Assembly: GCA_031416075.1 (NCBI GenBank) | Contig: JANOSY010000031.1 | Location: forward strand, 72,912 to 136,911 | Reading direction: 5' to 3' | Source: Candidatus Tenderia sp. | GTDB taxonomy: Bacteria; Pseudomonadota; Gammaproteobacteria; Tenderiales; Tenderiaceae | Length of the DNA: 64,000 nucleotides | Position numbers and translations under genes: made by a program | Shown: positions 52,523 to 62,154 of the stretch, one piece after another | Numbering within the stretch: position 1 is the first letter of the stretch | Layout: the number at the start of each line of letters is the position of its first letter | Notes under the pieces: generated by a model | Seen by the model: the letters and a program-made list of their open reading frames with translations, nothing else | What the model was told of the DNA's origin: nothing | Database searches by the model: none

Positions 52523-55150
52523 ATGGGTAGAATTAAACATCAGATAACCAAGTGGGTTGGCCGCGCTATTACGTTGCTGATAGCCACATCCGTAATCAGT
52601 GGCTGTCTATCAAAGACAGAGACCAGCGACCCCGTTGTCATTGATTTCCCCGTTGCCTATGTCAAACGCCCTATCCCCGTCAACAACCAGAACCAGCCCC
52701 GCAATCTGGATATACGGGCGTTGGATGATTTTAATGCCGGGGCAGACCTTTACCTGAAGGCGCGCTCCACCGCCGGTGCAGCAGAGCGCAATATCACCGC
52801 CACATTCACACAGGGCATGGGGGACGTTAAAGATATTGAGGTCTCATACGATGGTGGAAAACTCCTCTTCAGCATGCGTGCCGCCGAAATTGAAGATGCT
52901 GATGAAGACGATCAGCCAACGTGGAATATCTGGGAGTATACAATCGCTGAAAACAGCCTACGCCGCATTATCACTTCCGATATCACCGCCGAAGCAGGCG
53001 AAGATGTAGCCCCCCACTATCTACCCGATGGCCGCATCATATACTCATCCACACGCCAGCGCCAAAGCGGGGCCATCCTGCTTGATGAAGGCAAACCGAA
53101 GTTTACCGCAGGGCATGAAGGAGGTAACGGACCGGCCTTTTCACTCCATGTAATGAATAGTGATGGCAGCGACATTCATCAGGTATCGTTTAATCAGAGC
53201 CACGATTTTGATGCCAGCGTAATCGCCTCCGGCGAAGTTGTATTCAGCCGCTGGGACGCTATGGGGGAGAACAACGCTATCAACCTCTACAAAATAAATC
53301 CCGACGGCACCAACCTGCAACTATTATATGGTGGCCACAGCCATGATAGCGGCAACCCCAACATCGACATACAGTTTACAGCGCCGCGTGAACTGCCCGA
53401 TGGTCGACTCTTATCCACCCTGTTACCCTTTCGTGGCAGCACACTGGGTGGCAATATTATTGCGATCGATATCAACCACTACGGCGACAACCAACGTGCG
53501 CTGGATAATCTGCAATCACTCTCCACCACCACAGCACAGAGCTCACTTGTTAATGATGTAACACATAACGGTAACGCTATTTCACCTGGTGGCCTCTACC
53601 GCTCTGCCACACCCCTGTGGGATGGCACTGGACGGCTATTGGTGAGCTGGAGTCCATGTCGACTGATCAACGGCAATGCCATTGTTACCTGTAATAAGAC
53701 GTTACTGGCACAATCCAATACAGTAGCCGCACCACCACTTTATAGTGTGTATATCTATGATCCCATCAAACGTACACACGCTCCACTGGTGGTCCCCGTG
53801 GAGGGCACCATCATTGCTGATGCGGTGATCGCCCAACCTCGCCCACGCCCTACAGTCATTATCGACAGCCAGATCAATAGCAGTCTCGACCAAATACTGG
53901 CCAATGAAAATAGCGGCATACTTCACATCCGCAGTGTTTATGACTTTGATGGCAATGACAACGCTACGCCCAACATTAAAGCAGTGGCCGACCCTCTATT
54001 AACCAGTGCCGACAATCGCCCGGCCCGTTTTTTACGTATCATTAAAGGCGTAGCACTACCCGATCGCCAGGTATTACAAATCCCCAACAGTGCCTTTGGT
54101 GTGACCGGCAGATCAATGCGTGAGATCATCGGTTACGCAACCATTGAACCCGATGGCTCGGTGATGGTTAAACTACCGGCCAATGTGCCCCTGACCCTTG
54201 ACGTCTTGGATAAAAATGGCCGCAGCATCACCCCGCGTCACCAAAACTGGCTACAGCTGCGCCCCGGCGAAACACAACATTGTAACGGCTGCCATACACA
54301 CAGCAGCGGCATACCTCATGGCCGTAATAATCTACCGACCACAGTGAACAGTGGCGCTACTACCAGCGGTCTCCCGTTTCCCAATACCAACACCACGCTG
54401 GTTGCACAGATGGGTGAAACCATGGCACAGAGCCGCATCCGCATCAGCTGCGCCAGCAACTGTGCTGCACTCACCCCCAGTGTCGATATTCTGTTTGACG
54501 ATCACTGGACCAACACCTCACAACGGACAAAAGATAGCAGCATCGCTTATCGCTATGCCGATCTCACCACCGCCATCCCCGTCAGCAGCAGCTGTATCAA
54601 CCAGTGGAACTCACTCTGCCGCACTGTCATCAATTACGAAACACACATTCATCCACTCTGGAACAAAGATCGTGGTGGTGATAGCTGTATCCTCTGCCAT
54701 ACCAGCACCAACAGTAGCGCCATGCCTCAGGTGCCTGCAGCCCAGCTCGACCTGAGTGACGGTCCCAGCGGTGACGTGGCCACCAACTTCAACAGCTACC
54801 GTGAGTTGCTGTTTGCTGACAATGAGGTGGAGCTGGATTTGGTTAATAATATTCTGCGCGACCGTTTGGTAGCGGACACCGATAACAACGGCAACCCCCG
54901 TTTTGAAACAGATGCTGATGGCAATCAAATCCTCGACAACAGCGGCCAACCTATTCCCATCATGATACCGGTCCCGGCAAACGGCCCGGTGCTCTCTGCC
55001 AACGGTGCCAATGGCAGTCTGTTTTTCACTAAATTTGATGTCGGCGGCAGCCATGCGGGGCGACTCAGTGCCGCAGAGTTACGGCTGATTGCCGAATGGA
55101 TTGATATTGGTGGCCAGTACTACAACAACCCTTTTGATGTCCCACAATAA
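52523..55150 (+). CDS. HzsA-like lipoprotein: TolB/PD40 propeller + hydrazine-synthase-alpha middle domain + two haem c motifs
   Basis: Lipobox ISGC; SYDG.KLLFSMR, PHYLPDGRIIYSSTR, REIIGYA.IEPDGS...PAN, RPGE...CNGCH, CILCH...IAEWIDIG. Confidence 0.8.
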   Translation: MGRIKHQITKWVGRAITLLIATSVISGCLSKTETSDPVVIDFPVAYVKRPIPVNNQNQPRNLDIRALDDFNAGADLYLKARSTAGAAERNITATFTQGMGDVKDIEVSYDGGKLLFSMRAAEIEDADEDDQPTWNIWEYTIAENSLRRIITSDITAEAGEDVAPHYLPDGRIIYSSTRQRQSGAILLDEGKPKFTAGHEGGNGPAFSLHVMNSDGSDIHQVSFNQSHDFDASVIASGEVVFSRWDAMGENNAINLYKINPDGTNLQLLYGGHSHDSGNPNIDIQFTAPRELPDGRLLSTLLPFRGSTLGGNIIAIDINHYGDNQRALDNLQSLSTTTAQSSLVNDVTHNGNAISPGGLYRSATPLWDGTGRLLVSWSPCRLINGNAIVTCNKTLLAQSNTVAAPPLYSVYIYDPIKRTHAPLVVPVEGTIIADAVIAQPRPRPTVIIDSQINSSLDQILANENSGILHIRSVYDFDGNDNATPNIKAVADPLLTSADNRPARFLRIIKGVALPDRQVLQIPNSAFGVTGRSMREIIGYATIEPDGSVMVKLPANVPLTLDVLDKNGRSITPRHQNWLQLRPGETQHCNGCHTHSSGIPHGRNNLPTTVNSGATTSGLPFPNTNTTLVAQMGETMAQSRIRISCASNCAALTPSVDILFDDHWTNTSQRTKDSSIAYRYADLTTAIPVSSSCINQWNSLCRTVINYETHIHPLWNKDRGGDSCILCHTSTNSSAMPQVPAAQLDLSDGPSGDVATNFNSYRELLFADNEVELDLVNNILRDRLVADTDNNGNPRFETDADGNQILDNSGQPIPIMIPVPANGPVLSANGANGSLFFTKFDVGGSHAGRLSAAELRLIAEWIDIGGQYYNNPFDVPQ

Positions 55151-55151
55151 G

Positions 55152-55886
55152 ATGTATCGTCTGCTGCCATCACTGCTGATGTTGCTGGTCTGTGCAACAA
55201 CCGTAGCGGCTAACGAACAGAACCGTGTCAAAATCGCCGATCCTTTTATCGAACTACGCAGCGGTCCTGGGCGTGGATTCCCTATCTTCTATATTGAAGA
55301 GCGTGATCAATGGATCAACATCATCAAGCGCAAAACCGACTGGTTCAAAGTAGAAATTAACAATGACACCCAAGGTTGGGTCCACTACGATCAGCTGCTG
55401 TTAACACTCATGCCTGACGGAGAGCACACCCGAATTCACGAATCTGACAGTGAGGACTTTCTCCGCCGCCGTACTGAGGCAGGGTTGACTGGCGGGAAAT
55501 TCAGCGGCTCAGAGGTGATCACCCTATACGCTGGCTACGCCTTCACCCGCAATATCTCCGCTGAAGTTGCCTTATCACAAGCACTTGGCTCCGTATCCAG
55601 CAAACAGCTTGTTAACGTGCGGCTCATTCATCAACCGATCCCTGAATGGCCACTCTCCCCCTTTTTTGCCATGGGGGCAGGTAACCTTGCAAGCAAAGCC
55701 AGCGCCACACAGGCACAGGCACAAGATCGTAGCGACAGCATCGCACACGTCGGCATCGGGCTACGCAACTACCTAACGCGCAACTTCATGGTGCGCGCTG
55801 AATACAACCAATACGTCGTCTTCTCCAGCGACGACTACAACGAGGACCTTAGGGAATGGAAAGTCGGTCTCGCCTTTTTTTATTGA
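55152..55886 (+). CDS. SH3b domain + outer membrane beta-barrel protein
   Basis: Signal peptide; LRSGPG, W.KV...GWV; SPFFAMGAG, VRAEY, terminal AFFY. Confidence 0.78.
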   Translation: MYRLLPSLLMLLVCATTVAANEQNRVKIADPFIELRSGPGRGFPIFYIEERDQWINIIKRKTDWFKVEINNDTQGWVHYDQLLLTLMPDGEHTRIHESDSEDFLRRRTEAGLTGGKFSGSEVITLYAGYAFTRNISAEVALSQALGSVSSKQLVNVRLIHQPIPEWPLSPFFAMGAGNLASKASATQAQAQDRSDSIAHVGIGLRNYLTRNFMVRAEYNQYVVFSSDDYNEDLREWKVGLAFFY

Positions 55887-56518
55887 TCAGCAGGTCGCTA
55901 CTCTGCACGCTGCCGTTACTGTGCTGGCAAAATATTGCAACAGCCACAGAAACAAGTAACGGCGAGCCATTGATTCAACCCCAGATCAAACCCAAACCCG
56001 CCAAAATGGCCAAAATTGATAGCGAAAATTTTGAAGTGGGACTCTACACTGGCCTGCTCAGCATTGAAGACTTTGGCAGCAACTCTGTTCGTGGCATACG
56101 CTTTGCTTATCACGCCAGCGAAGATATTTTCATCGAAGCCGCCTACGGCAAAAGCACCACAGAACAGACCAGCTATGAACGGCTGTTAGGCTCCGTTACC
56201 CTACTCACCGCCGAAGAGCGGCAGCTCACCTACTACAATCTCTCCCTGGGTTTCAATCTATTGCCGGGGGAATCCTTTATGGGGAGCAGCTATACCATCC
56301 ATACCGACCTCTATCTGATTGGTGGTATTGGCAATACAAAATTTGCTGGCGATAACCGCCGAACCCTCAACCTCGGTTTTGGCCACCGTATGATCATCAA
56401 TGACTGGCTGGCACTGCACCTGGATGCCCGCAACCATATCTTTGATATCGATCTACTCGGCCAACAGAAGACTAATCATAATTTAGAGCTACATACCGGG
56501 CTCACACTCTTTTTCTAA
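55856..56518 (+). CDS. outer membrane beta-barrel protein (GltA/GltB-like family)
   Basis: Signal peptide; IDSENFEVG, LSIEDFG, NLLPGE, terminal TLFF. Confidence 0.78.
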   Translation: MESRSRLFLLISRSLLCTLPLLCWQNIATATETSNGEPLIQPQIKPKPAKMAKIDSENFEVGLYTGLLSIEDFGSNSVRGIRFAYHASEDIFIEAAYGKSTTEQTSYERLLGSVTLLTAEERQLTYYNLSLGFNLLPGESFMGSSYTIHTDLYLIGGIGNTKFAGDNRRTLNLGFGHRMIINDWLALHLDARNHIFDIDLLGQQKTNHNLELHTGLTLFF

Positions 56519-56530
56519 ACGGAGAGGCAC

Positions 56531-57040
56531 ATGTTTATAAAACGTACACTACTACTGGGCTGGCTCTTCTGCCTGACATTAGGACTTGGCACATATGCCC
56601 TGGCCAACAACGATACCCAGCCTGTTCCAGCACCCGACTTCACATTAAAAAGTAGCAGCGGAAAAAACATCAAACTCAGCGAGCTACGGGGACAGGTGGT
56701 CATGGTCAACTTCTGGGCATCGTGGTGCAGCCCCTGTCTGCAGGAGATGCCCATGCTCAATCAGCTCTACAAAAAATATCAGCCACTCGGTTTCACACTA
56801 CTGGGGGTCAATGTTGAAGAGGACAGTAACGACGCCATCAAATGGCTAAAAAAAATTAACATCGATTTTCCTGTTTTATATGACACTGAAAACAGCGTCT
56901 CAGAGCGCTATAGTGTCAGCATCATGCCAACCACTATCATTGTCGACCGCAGTGGCAACGTACGTCACATCCATCATGGCTATACACCCGGCGTTGAAAA
57001 AAGCTATCAAAAACAGATTCGTGCCCTGCTCAAAGAGTGA
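56531..57040 (+). CDS. TlpA-family periplasmic thiol-disulfide reductase
   Basis: APDFTL, VNFWASWCSPC..EMP, MPT. Confidence 0.92.
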   Translation: MFIKRTLLLGWLFCLTLGLGTYALANNDTQPVPAPDFTLKSSSGKNIKLSELRGQVVMVNFWASWCSPCLQEMPMLNQLYKKYQPLGFTLLGVNVEEDSNDAIKWLKKINIDFPVLYDTENSVSERYSVSIMPTTIIVDRSGNVRHIHHGYTPGVEKSYQKQIRALLKE

Positions 57041-57279
57041 ACAGAGAGATGCTCAAAGCTGCACTGTTACCCATATTGGCCATCGGCATAATGATCACGC
57101 TCAGCGGCTGTACATTAAAACCTTGGGTAAAACCCTACGAACGGGCCAATCTGGCCGACCCTATCATGAGCTTTGACCGTAACCCAATCTCATCAAGCTA
57201 TCTCAACCACGTATACGAGGCACGTGAAGGGGCGCGTGGTGCAGATGGCGGCCAAGGGGGCGGCTGTGGTTGCAATTAA
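57037..57279 (+). CDS. DUF4266 lipoprotein
   Basis: Lipobox LSGC, VKPYER..LA, C-terminal GGGCGCN. Confidence 0.9.
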   Translation: MNREMLKAALLPILAIGIMITLSGCTLKPWVKPYERANLADPIMSFDRNPISSSYLNHVYEAREGARGADGGQGGGCGCN

Positions 57280-58462
57280 CAAAAGTAGAGATGCAGCGGT
57301 GCAACACAACATCAACCAGTCAGGACAGGGGCAGATCAAACTAATCTGGATGCTCGCTGGCACCCTCTTCATGGCTGCAGCACTGCCACTCACTGCTGCC
57401 ATTTTGCCAGACGAACGTATTGACGCACTGTTTCACTACTACAATGGTGGCGGCATCACGGTACAAGGTCCTGCACTACAAGCCAGCAAGCAGATTGGCA
57501 ATCACACATCACTCTCTGCCAAATATTATGTTGACGCCATCAGCAGCGCCTCCATCGACGTCGTTACCTCTGCCAGTCGATATACAGAAAAACGTGAAGA
57601 GTACAGCGTCGGCACCACCTATCTGCGCGACAAAAGCACCCTGAGCCTCAATTATAGCAACAGCAAAGAGAACGACTTTATTGCCAACAGTGCCAACTTC
57701 AATATCAGTCAGGATATGTTTGGTGATCTCACCACCCTCTACATGGGCTACTCAAAGGGATGGGATGCAATCTATAAAACAGTGAATACCAACGCTGGCT
57801 TCGACCGTGACCCCAGCTTTGAAAAAGAGGCAGACCGCCAAAAATTTCGCCTTGGTGCCAGTCAGATTATCAGTAAAAACCTGGTCACCAATCTCAACTA
57901 CGAACTCATCACTGACTCAGGCTATCTCAACAACCCCTATCGCACCGTGCGTTTTAGTGATGGTTCAACGCTAGCTGAAGTCTATCCCAATACCCGCTCC
58001 AGCAATGCCATCGCCCTTAGCGCCAACTACTATCTCCCCTACCGTGCCGCACTACACGGCAGCTACCGCTTTTATGGTGATACCTGGGGCATTAGCGCCA
58101 ATACACTGGATATTGGCTACACCCACACCTATCGCGACAACTGGATTGTTGGCAGCCACTATCGCCACTACAGACAAAACCGTGCCAATTTTTATCAGGA
58201 TTTCTTTGACCCCTTTGCCCCACAAAACCACATGGCCCGCGACAAAGAACTCAGCAGCTACAACAGTCAGACCATCGGACTTAATATCAGTTACAACGTG
58301 ATACCACAGGGGTGGCGCATGTTTGATAAAGGCACATTAAATTTCAGCATCGATCACATGCGTTATCAGTATGATGATTTTAGTGACTTGCGTAACCCCA
58401 CGCCCAGTCCTTATGGTTTCTCCGCCAATGTAGTGCAGGTTTATATGTCCGTCTGGCATTAA
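57266..58462 (+). CDS. DUF3570 outer membrane beta-barrel protein
   Basis: YYVDAISSASIDV, S.ENDF, GYLNNPYR, YRFY.DTWGI; start uncertain (GTG 57266 overlapping the DUF4266 end was chosen). Confidence 0.85.
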   Translation: MVAINKSRDAAVQHNINQSGQGQIKLIWMLAGTLFMAAALPLTAAILPDERIDALFHYYNGGGITVQGPALQASKQIGNHTSLSAKYYVDAISSASIDVVTSASRYTEKREEYSVGTTYLRDKSTLSLNYSNSKENDFIANSANFNISQDMFGDLTTLYMGYSKGWDAIYKTVNTNAGFDRDPSFEKEADRQKFRLGASQIISKNLVTNLNYELITDSGYLNNPYRTVRFSDGSTLAEVYPNTRSSNAIALSANYYLPYRAALHGSYRFYGDTWGISANTLDIGYTHTYRDNWIVGSHYRHYRQNRANFYQDFFDPFAPQNHMARDKELSSYNSQTIGLNISYNVIPQGWRMFDKGTLNFSIDHMRYQYDDFSDLRNPTPSPYGFSANVVQVYMSVWH

Positions 58463-58616
58463 AACAGGTGGGGAATTGGTGGTTTTTTTGTGCCAGCCAT
58501 ACCCCCCCTATATAACCAGAAACATCTGACACACCACCTCAACACCCAAACAGATCCCTCTGCAGCCCTTTCACCCGACAACAAAGGGCTAACAATAAGT
58601 GGAACAACCGAATATT

Positions 58617-59294
58617 TTATATCTTCTTTGCCGCCCTCTTGGTTGTCGTTTTTTTACTGCCCACTGTTTTCACCTTGGCCTTGGTTGTTTTAGGCGCTTC
58701 TTTTTTTGGACTTTTCATGATCTGTTTAACAGGCTCTGCCTGTACTTGTTTATCAACAGCGGTTTTTTTATCTTGAACAGATTTTTTATATTTTTCATTG
58801 CCACTTGTATCACCCAGCCAACCAGCAACGATATGCCTTATATCATCCAGCTCATGTTCAATCATGCCCCCTGCCGAAGACAGGGCCTTATGCCCTTTTT
58901 CAACCAACCCTGATGCCTTTGCCAACCGTTGATCAATCTCTTGTTCAGCCATGTGCCAATCCTCATCAGCTGATCCCGCTGAAAAGCCGCGACGTTCTGC
59001 GCGCAAGTAGGCCGCCTCCCGTATCATCTTTTCACGCTCCTCCAGATCAATATGGGCACCAAGGATGGTTTTTTTTGCCGCTTTTCCCAATCCCTTTATT
59101 TTAATGCGCCCCCTGCTAATATCTTCTGAAAACTCGTGCAAATAGGGTGTAACCGTGTCACCAAATTTCTCCAGCGCAAAATCACCAAATTCACGTACAT
59201 TACGGCCAGCAGCCAACATCTGCTCTAAAGCCGTTTTTAAATATGTTTTTGAGTTTCCAGAGGCCAGTTTTTCATCTTGACTATGTTTTCCCAT
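58617..59294 (-). CDS. DUF2934-domain protein with Lys-rich C-terminal tail
   Basis: IREAAYLRAERRGF..G....DW..AE.EI; tail rich in K/T/A. Confidence 0.8.
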   Translation of the reverse strand: MGKHSQDEKLASGNSKTYLKTALEQMLAAGRNVREFGDFALEKFGDTVTPYLHEFSEDISRGRIKIKGLGKAAKKTILGAHIDLEEREKMIREAAYLRAERRGFSAGSADEDWHMAEQEIDQRLAKASGLVEKGHKALSSAGGMIEHELDDIRHIVAGWLGDTSGNEKYKKSVQDKKTAVDKQVQAEPVKQIMKSPKKEAPKTTKAKVKTVGSKKTTTKRAAKKI

Positions 59295-59615
59295 TGCTTT
59301 GATTCCTCTTTAAATAGGTCACGATTAATTAAAGCAGCTACATTAACACCTTCAACATACCTCACGCCTAATTGGCACTACCCTTTGGAAGTAGTGCGAT
59401 CAATGCATATGATCCAGCTATCCCATTATAGACACAGATACACAGGGATTATGGAAGTGCACACTTTACGGGCTGATTACCCAAGAATAGTGGCGATTAT
59501 ATGCCAAAGTTTTTAGACATCGTCACCACAACCCCATACAATGAACCACACAAATCAACATAGCGTAATAAAAATCAGTTATTACCGTGCTATAGCGACT
59601 CAGGGACTAGTAATT

Positions 59616-60368
59616 ATGAATAACAGCTGTGACTGTCCTGTATGTGGCGGATCGAGCCCTTTGCTTGATGTCGTGGACTTCAACAAATCGTGCATGGAGG
59701 CAAACGGGGAGTTCCTGGAGATCTCCGGCACGCCTATCTATTATTCACTCTGCAATAGCTGCGGCTTCTGCTTTGCACCTGAGCTTTTAAGCTGGAGCAT
59801 GGAGCAGTTTAAAGAGCATATTTATAACGACACATATGTTCGTGTAGACCCAGACTATATCGAAACCAGACCCCGCCAAAATTCTGAAAACTTAATCAAT
59901 AGTTTTGGAAGCCGTGCTTTTGGTATTAAACATCTGGATTATGGTGGTGGAAACGGCCACCTATCCCGGTTGCTCAATGGGTCAAACTGGAAATCCACCT
60001 CTTACGACCCTTTTGCAAATACTGAGGAGGATATTAATACCATTGGAAAATTTGATCTCATAACAGCATTCGAGGTTTTTGAACACGTTTCTGACGTCAA
60101 ACAACTCATGTCAAATCTACAAACTCTGCTCGCTGCCAAGGGGATAATACTTTTCTCCACACTACTGACAGATGGCAACATTCAAAAAAACAGCAGGATC
60201 AACTGGTGGTATGCCTCGCCGCGCAATGGCCATATCAGCCTCTTTTCAAGAAACAGCCTCTCGCTGCTTGCAAAACAGTATGGACTGAATTTTGGAAGTT
60301 TCTCGGCCGGGTTCCATATATTTTATACAGAGTTGCCTGAATGGGCTGATCATATGGTAAAAAAGTAG
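59616..60368 (+). CDS. class I SAM-dependent methyltransferase with N-terminal Zn ribbon
   Basis: CPVC...CNSCG, LDYGGGNG, FDLITAFEVFEH, HISLF. Confidence 0.88.
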   Translation: MNNSCDCPVCGGSSPLLDVVDFNKSCMEANGEFLEISGTPIYYSLCNSCGFCFAPELLSWSMEQFKEHIYNDTYVRVDPDYIETRPRQNSENLINSFGSRAFGIKHLDYGGGNGHLSRLLNGSNWKSTSYDPFANTEEDINTIGKFDLITAFEVFEHVSDVKQLMSNLQTLLAAKGIILFSTLLTDGNIQKNSRINWWYASPRNGHISLFSRNSLSLLAKQYGLNFGSFSAGFHIFYTELPEWADHMVKK

Positions 60369-60395
60369 CACCACTATATAAAGATGTAAAACACC

Positions 60396-60422
60396 GGCTC
60401 AGCCACCGGTCGTGGCAGAGCC
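60396..60422. terminator. hairpin between convergent genes
   Basis: GGCTCAGCCAC-CGGTC-GTGGCAGAGCC (10/11 stem). Confidence 0.4.
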
Positions 60423-60447
60423 TGACATACCACCCTAAAAACCCGGA

Positions 60448-61155
60448 TTAAAAGTTCAAATCCTTCACCCGACTTCTATTGTTTATTTTTATTGCATGTA
60501 CTTTACGCGTCATAAAAGTCGCCAGGTACTCACCAATCGACGCATCATATATACCGTAGTTATCTTCAAGCATAACATTGCCAACATTCCATATCTTGGC
60601 ATCATCACTTCCGCCAACCCAGTAAACAAAGTGATTAATATCTTTATTCAGAGTAAACGAAAATATACCCGCCATTTTTTCTGTTGGTATCGTGTCACTC
60701 AATGAAAACCCACTAAAAGGCAAGTGCCAGCCAATTACACGATTAAACACACCGTCAGCATCGGTATCAGAAAAACCCTCCTCTGCTGACCCACTAAATG
60801 CGGTACGGGCATTGGTAATAGATGTAACTTCTACATCATCACTTTGGGTATCAATACCAAAAAGAACAATGTTCTCATCTTCACTCAGACTTTTTCCACC
60901 TGCTGGTGCCATGCTCTGAGACTGTCTATTAAAAACCATATGGTTAGGCGGTGTCGAAAACTCCGTCCCTATAGGCTGGTCGAGATTTTTTATGATAAAG
61001 AAATATGTGTATGTACCATCCCTGTTGTCTATATACATCATTTTCACATCAGCTAATGGACTAGCATACACTGGGCTTTGCAGTCCTATCATGGACAAAG
61101 CAAAAAATAGTATGAATGTCATATTTTTCATCACCGGCTCCTTGGTTACTTTCAT
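60448..61155 (-). CDS. secreted hypothetical protein
   Basis: 235-aa ORF with GGGAG RBS and signal peptide; AT-rich. Confidence 0.6.
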   Translation of the reverse strand: MKVTKEPVMKNMTFILFFALSMIGLQSPVYASPLADVKMMYIDNRDGTYTYFFIIKNLDQPIGTEFSTPPNHMVFNRQSQSMAPAGGKSLSEDENIVLFGIDTQSDDVEVTSITNARTAFSGSAEEGFSDTDADGVFNRVIGWHLPFSGFSLSDTIPTEKMAGIFSFTLNKDINHFVYWVGGSDDAKIWNVGNVMLEDNYGIYDASIGEYLATFMTRKVHAIKINNRSRVKDLNF

Positions 61156-61234
61156 GAACTCCCATACATCAAAATGTATATGACCTCTCGAAATTAGAAC
61201 ACGGTCATTGCTTTGTCAATGGCAATGAATGCCA

Positions 61235-61585
61235 CTACTCCTTGTTTTTAAGCATCTCTGCCAAATCAGCAAATGGATTATGGCTGGCGCTAACTGCTTT
61301 AGATTTTTTATCACGCGTACCAACATTGTCGATATAACGGGAGTGTTCATTGTCATGACAGTAAATACAGAGCAACTCCCAGTTACTGCCATCTTCCGGA
61401 TTGTTATCGTGATTATGGTCACGATGGTGCACAGTCAGCTCTTGTAAGTTGGCACGGGCAAACTCACGTGTACAACGACCACAGATCCATGGATACATTT
61501 TCAGTGATTTTTCACGATACCCCTGTTCGCGTTGATCACGATTACGGTGCGTTTGAGCAACAATATCGTCTAGTTTTTTACTCAT
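61235..61585 (-). CDS. yajD: YajD-family HNH nuclease
   Basis: YREKSLKMYPWICGRC, LTVHHRDHNHDNNP.DGSNWELLCIYCHDNEH. Confidence 0.93.
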   Translation of the reverse strand: MSKKLDDIVAQTHRNRDQREQGYREKSLKMYPWICGRCTREFARANLQELTVHHRDHNHDNNPEDGSNWELLCIYCHDNEHSRYIDNVGTRDKKSKAVSASHNPFADLAEMLKNKE

Positions 61586-62154
61586 TTTTCAACCTCTTCT
61601 ATTTTGCACATCTGTTGCTGTCTTTTTATCTCATCCAACCCAATTGTTTGCAACAGCTTCATATTCACCACGGGTATTGAATCAACATCCGGATGGCTGT
61701 TTCTAGCCCGTTCAACTGCCTCCTCCAAGATCAAATGAAACATCGGATAGAGTGAACGGTTGGTATAGTTACGTACATCCTCATAATCAAGATCAGCAAA
61801 CTGATAATCCGGATGAAAACTGGCTATCTGAATCGTGCCATTCAAGCCAAACTGGGTGACAAGCATATCGGCCACATCAAGAAATTTGTTGTAACTTTCA
61901 AATTGGTTAAGGCAGTTAGGAACAATAAGAATCGTGGTTTCAATCTTGCTGACATCGGCGTCACGCAATAACAACAGCTCATCAATCAGGTCATTGACCA
62001 ACTCGTTGTCACTGTTAGCGTGCGAAACGGCATAGCGGATCAGCTCATTACGAGAGGGCTTGTGGGCAAAGGGACAGAGGTTGTGGCGGATGACAATATC
62101 GTTTACCCACTGACGAGTTTCAGCGATGACTATTCTATCGCTAATACTATTCAT
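61582..62154 (-). CDS. DUF1415 family protein
   Basis: NLCPFA, QIASFHPDYQF, NYTNRS.YP. Confidence 0.9.
   Translation of the reverse strand: MNSISDRIVIAETRQWVNDIVIRHNLCPFAHKPSRNELIRYAVSHANSDNELVNDLIDELLLLRDADVSKIETTILIVPNCLNQFESYNKFLDVADMLVTQFGLNGTIQIASFHPDYQFADLDYEDVRNYTNRSLYPMFHLILEEAVERARNSHPDVDSIPVVNMKLLQTIGLDEIKRQQQMCKIEEVEK

Noticed and set aside
52523-55150. Evidence of anammox metabolism
   Set aside because: Only an HzsA-like architecture; no hzsB/hzsC or hydrazine dehydrogenase, and the background is gammaproteobacterial
61235-61585. HNH nuclease as a defence or mobile gene
   Set aside because: Matches the conserved housekeeping YajD family, in an ordinary operon
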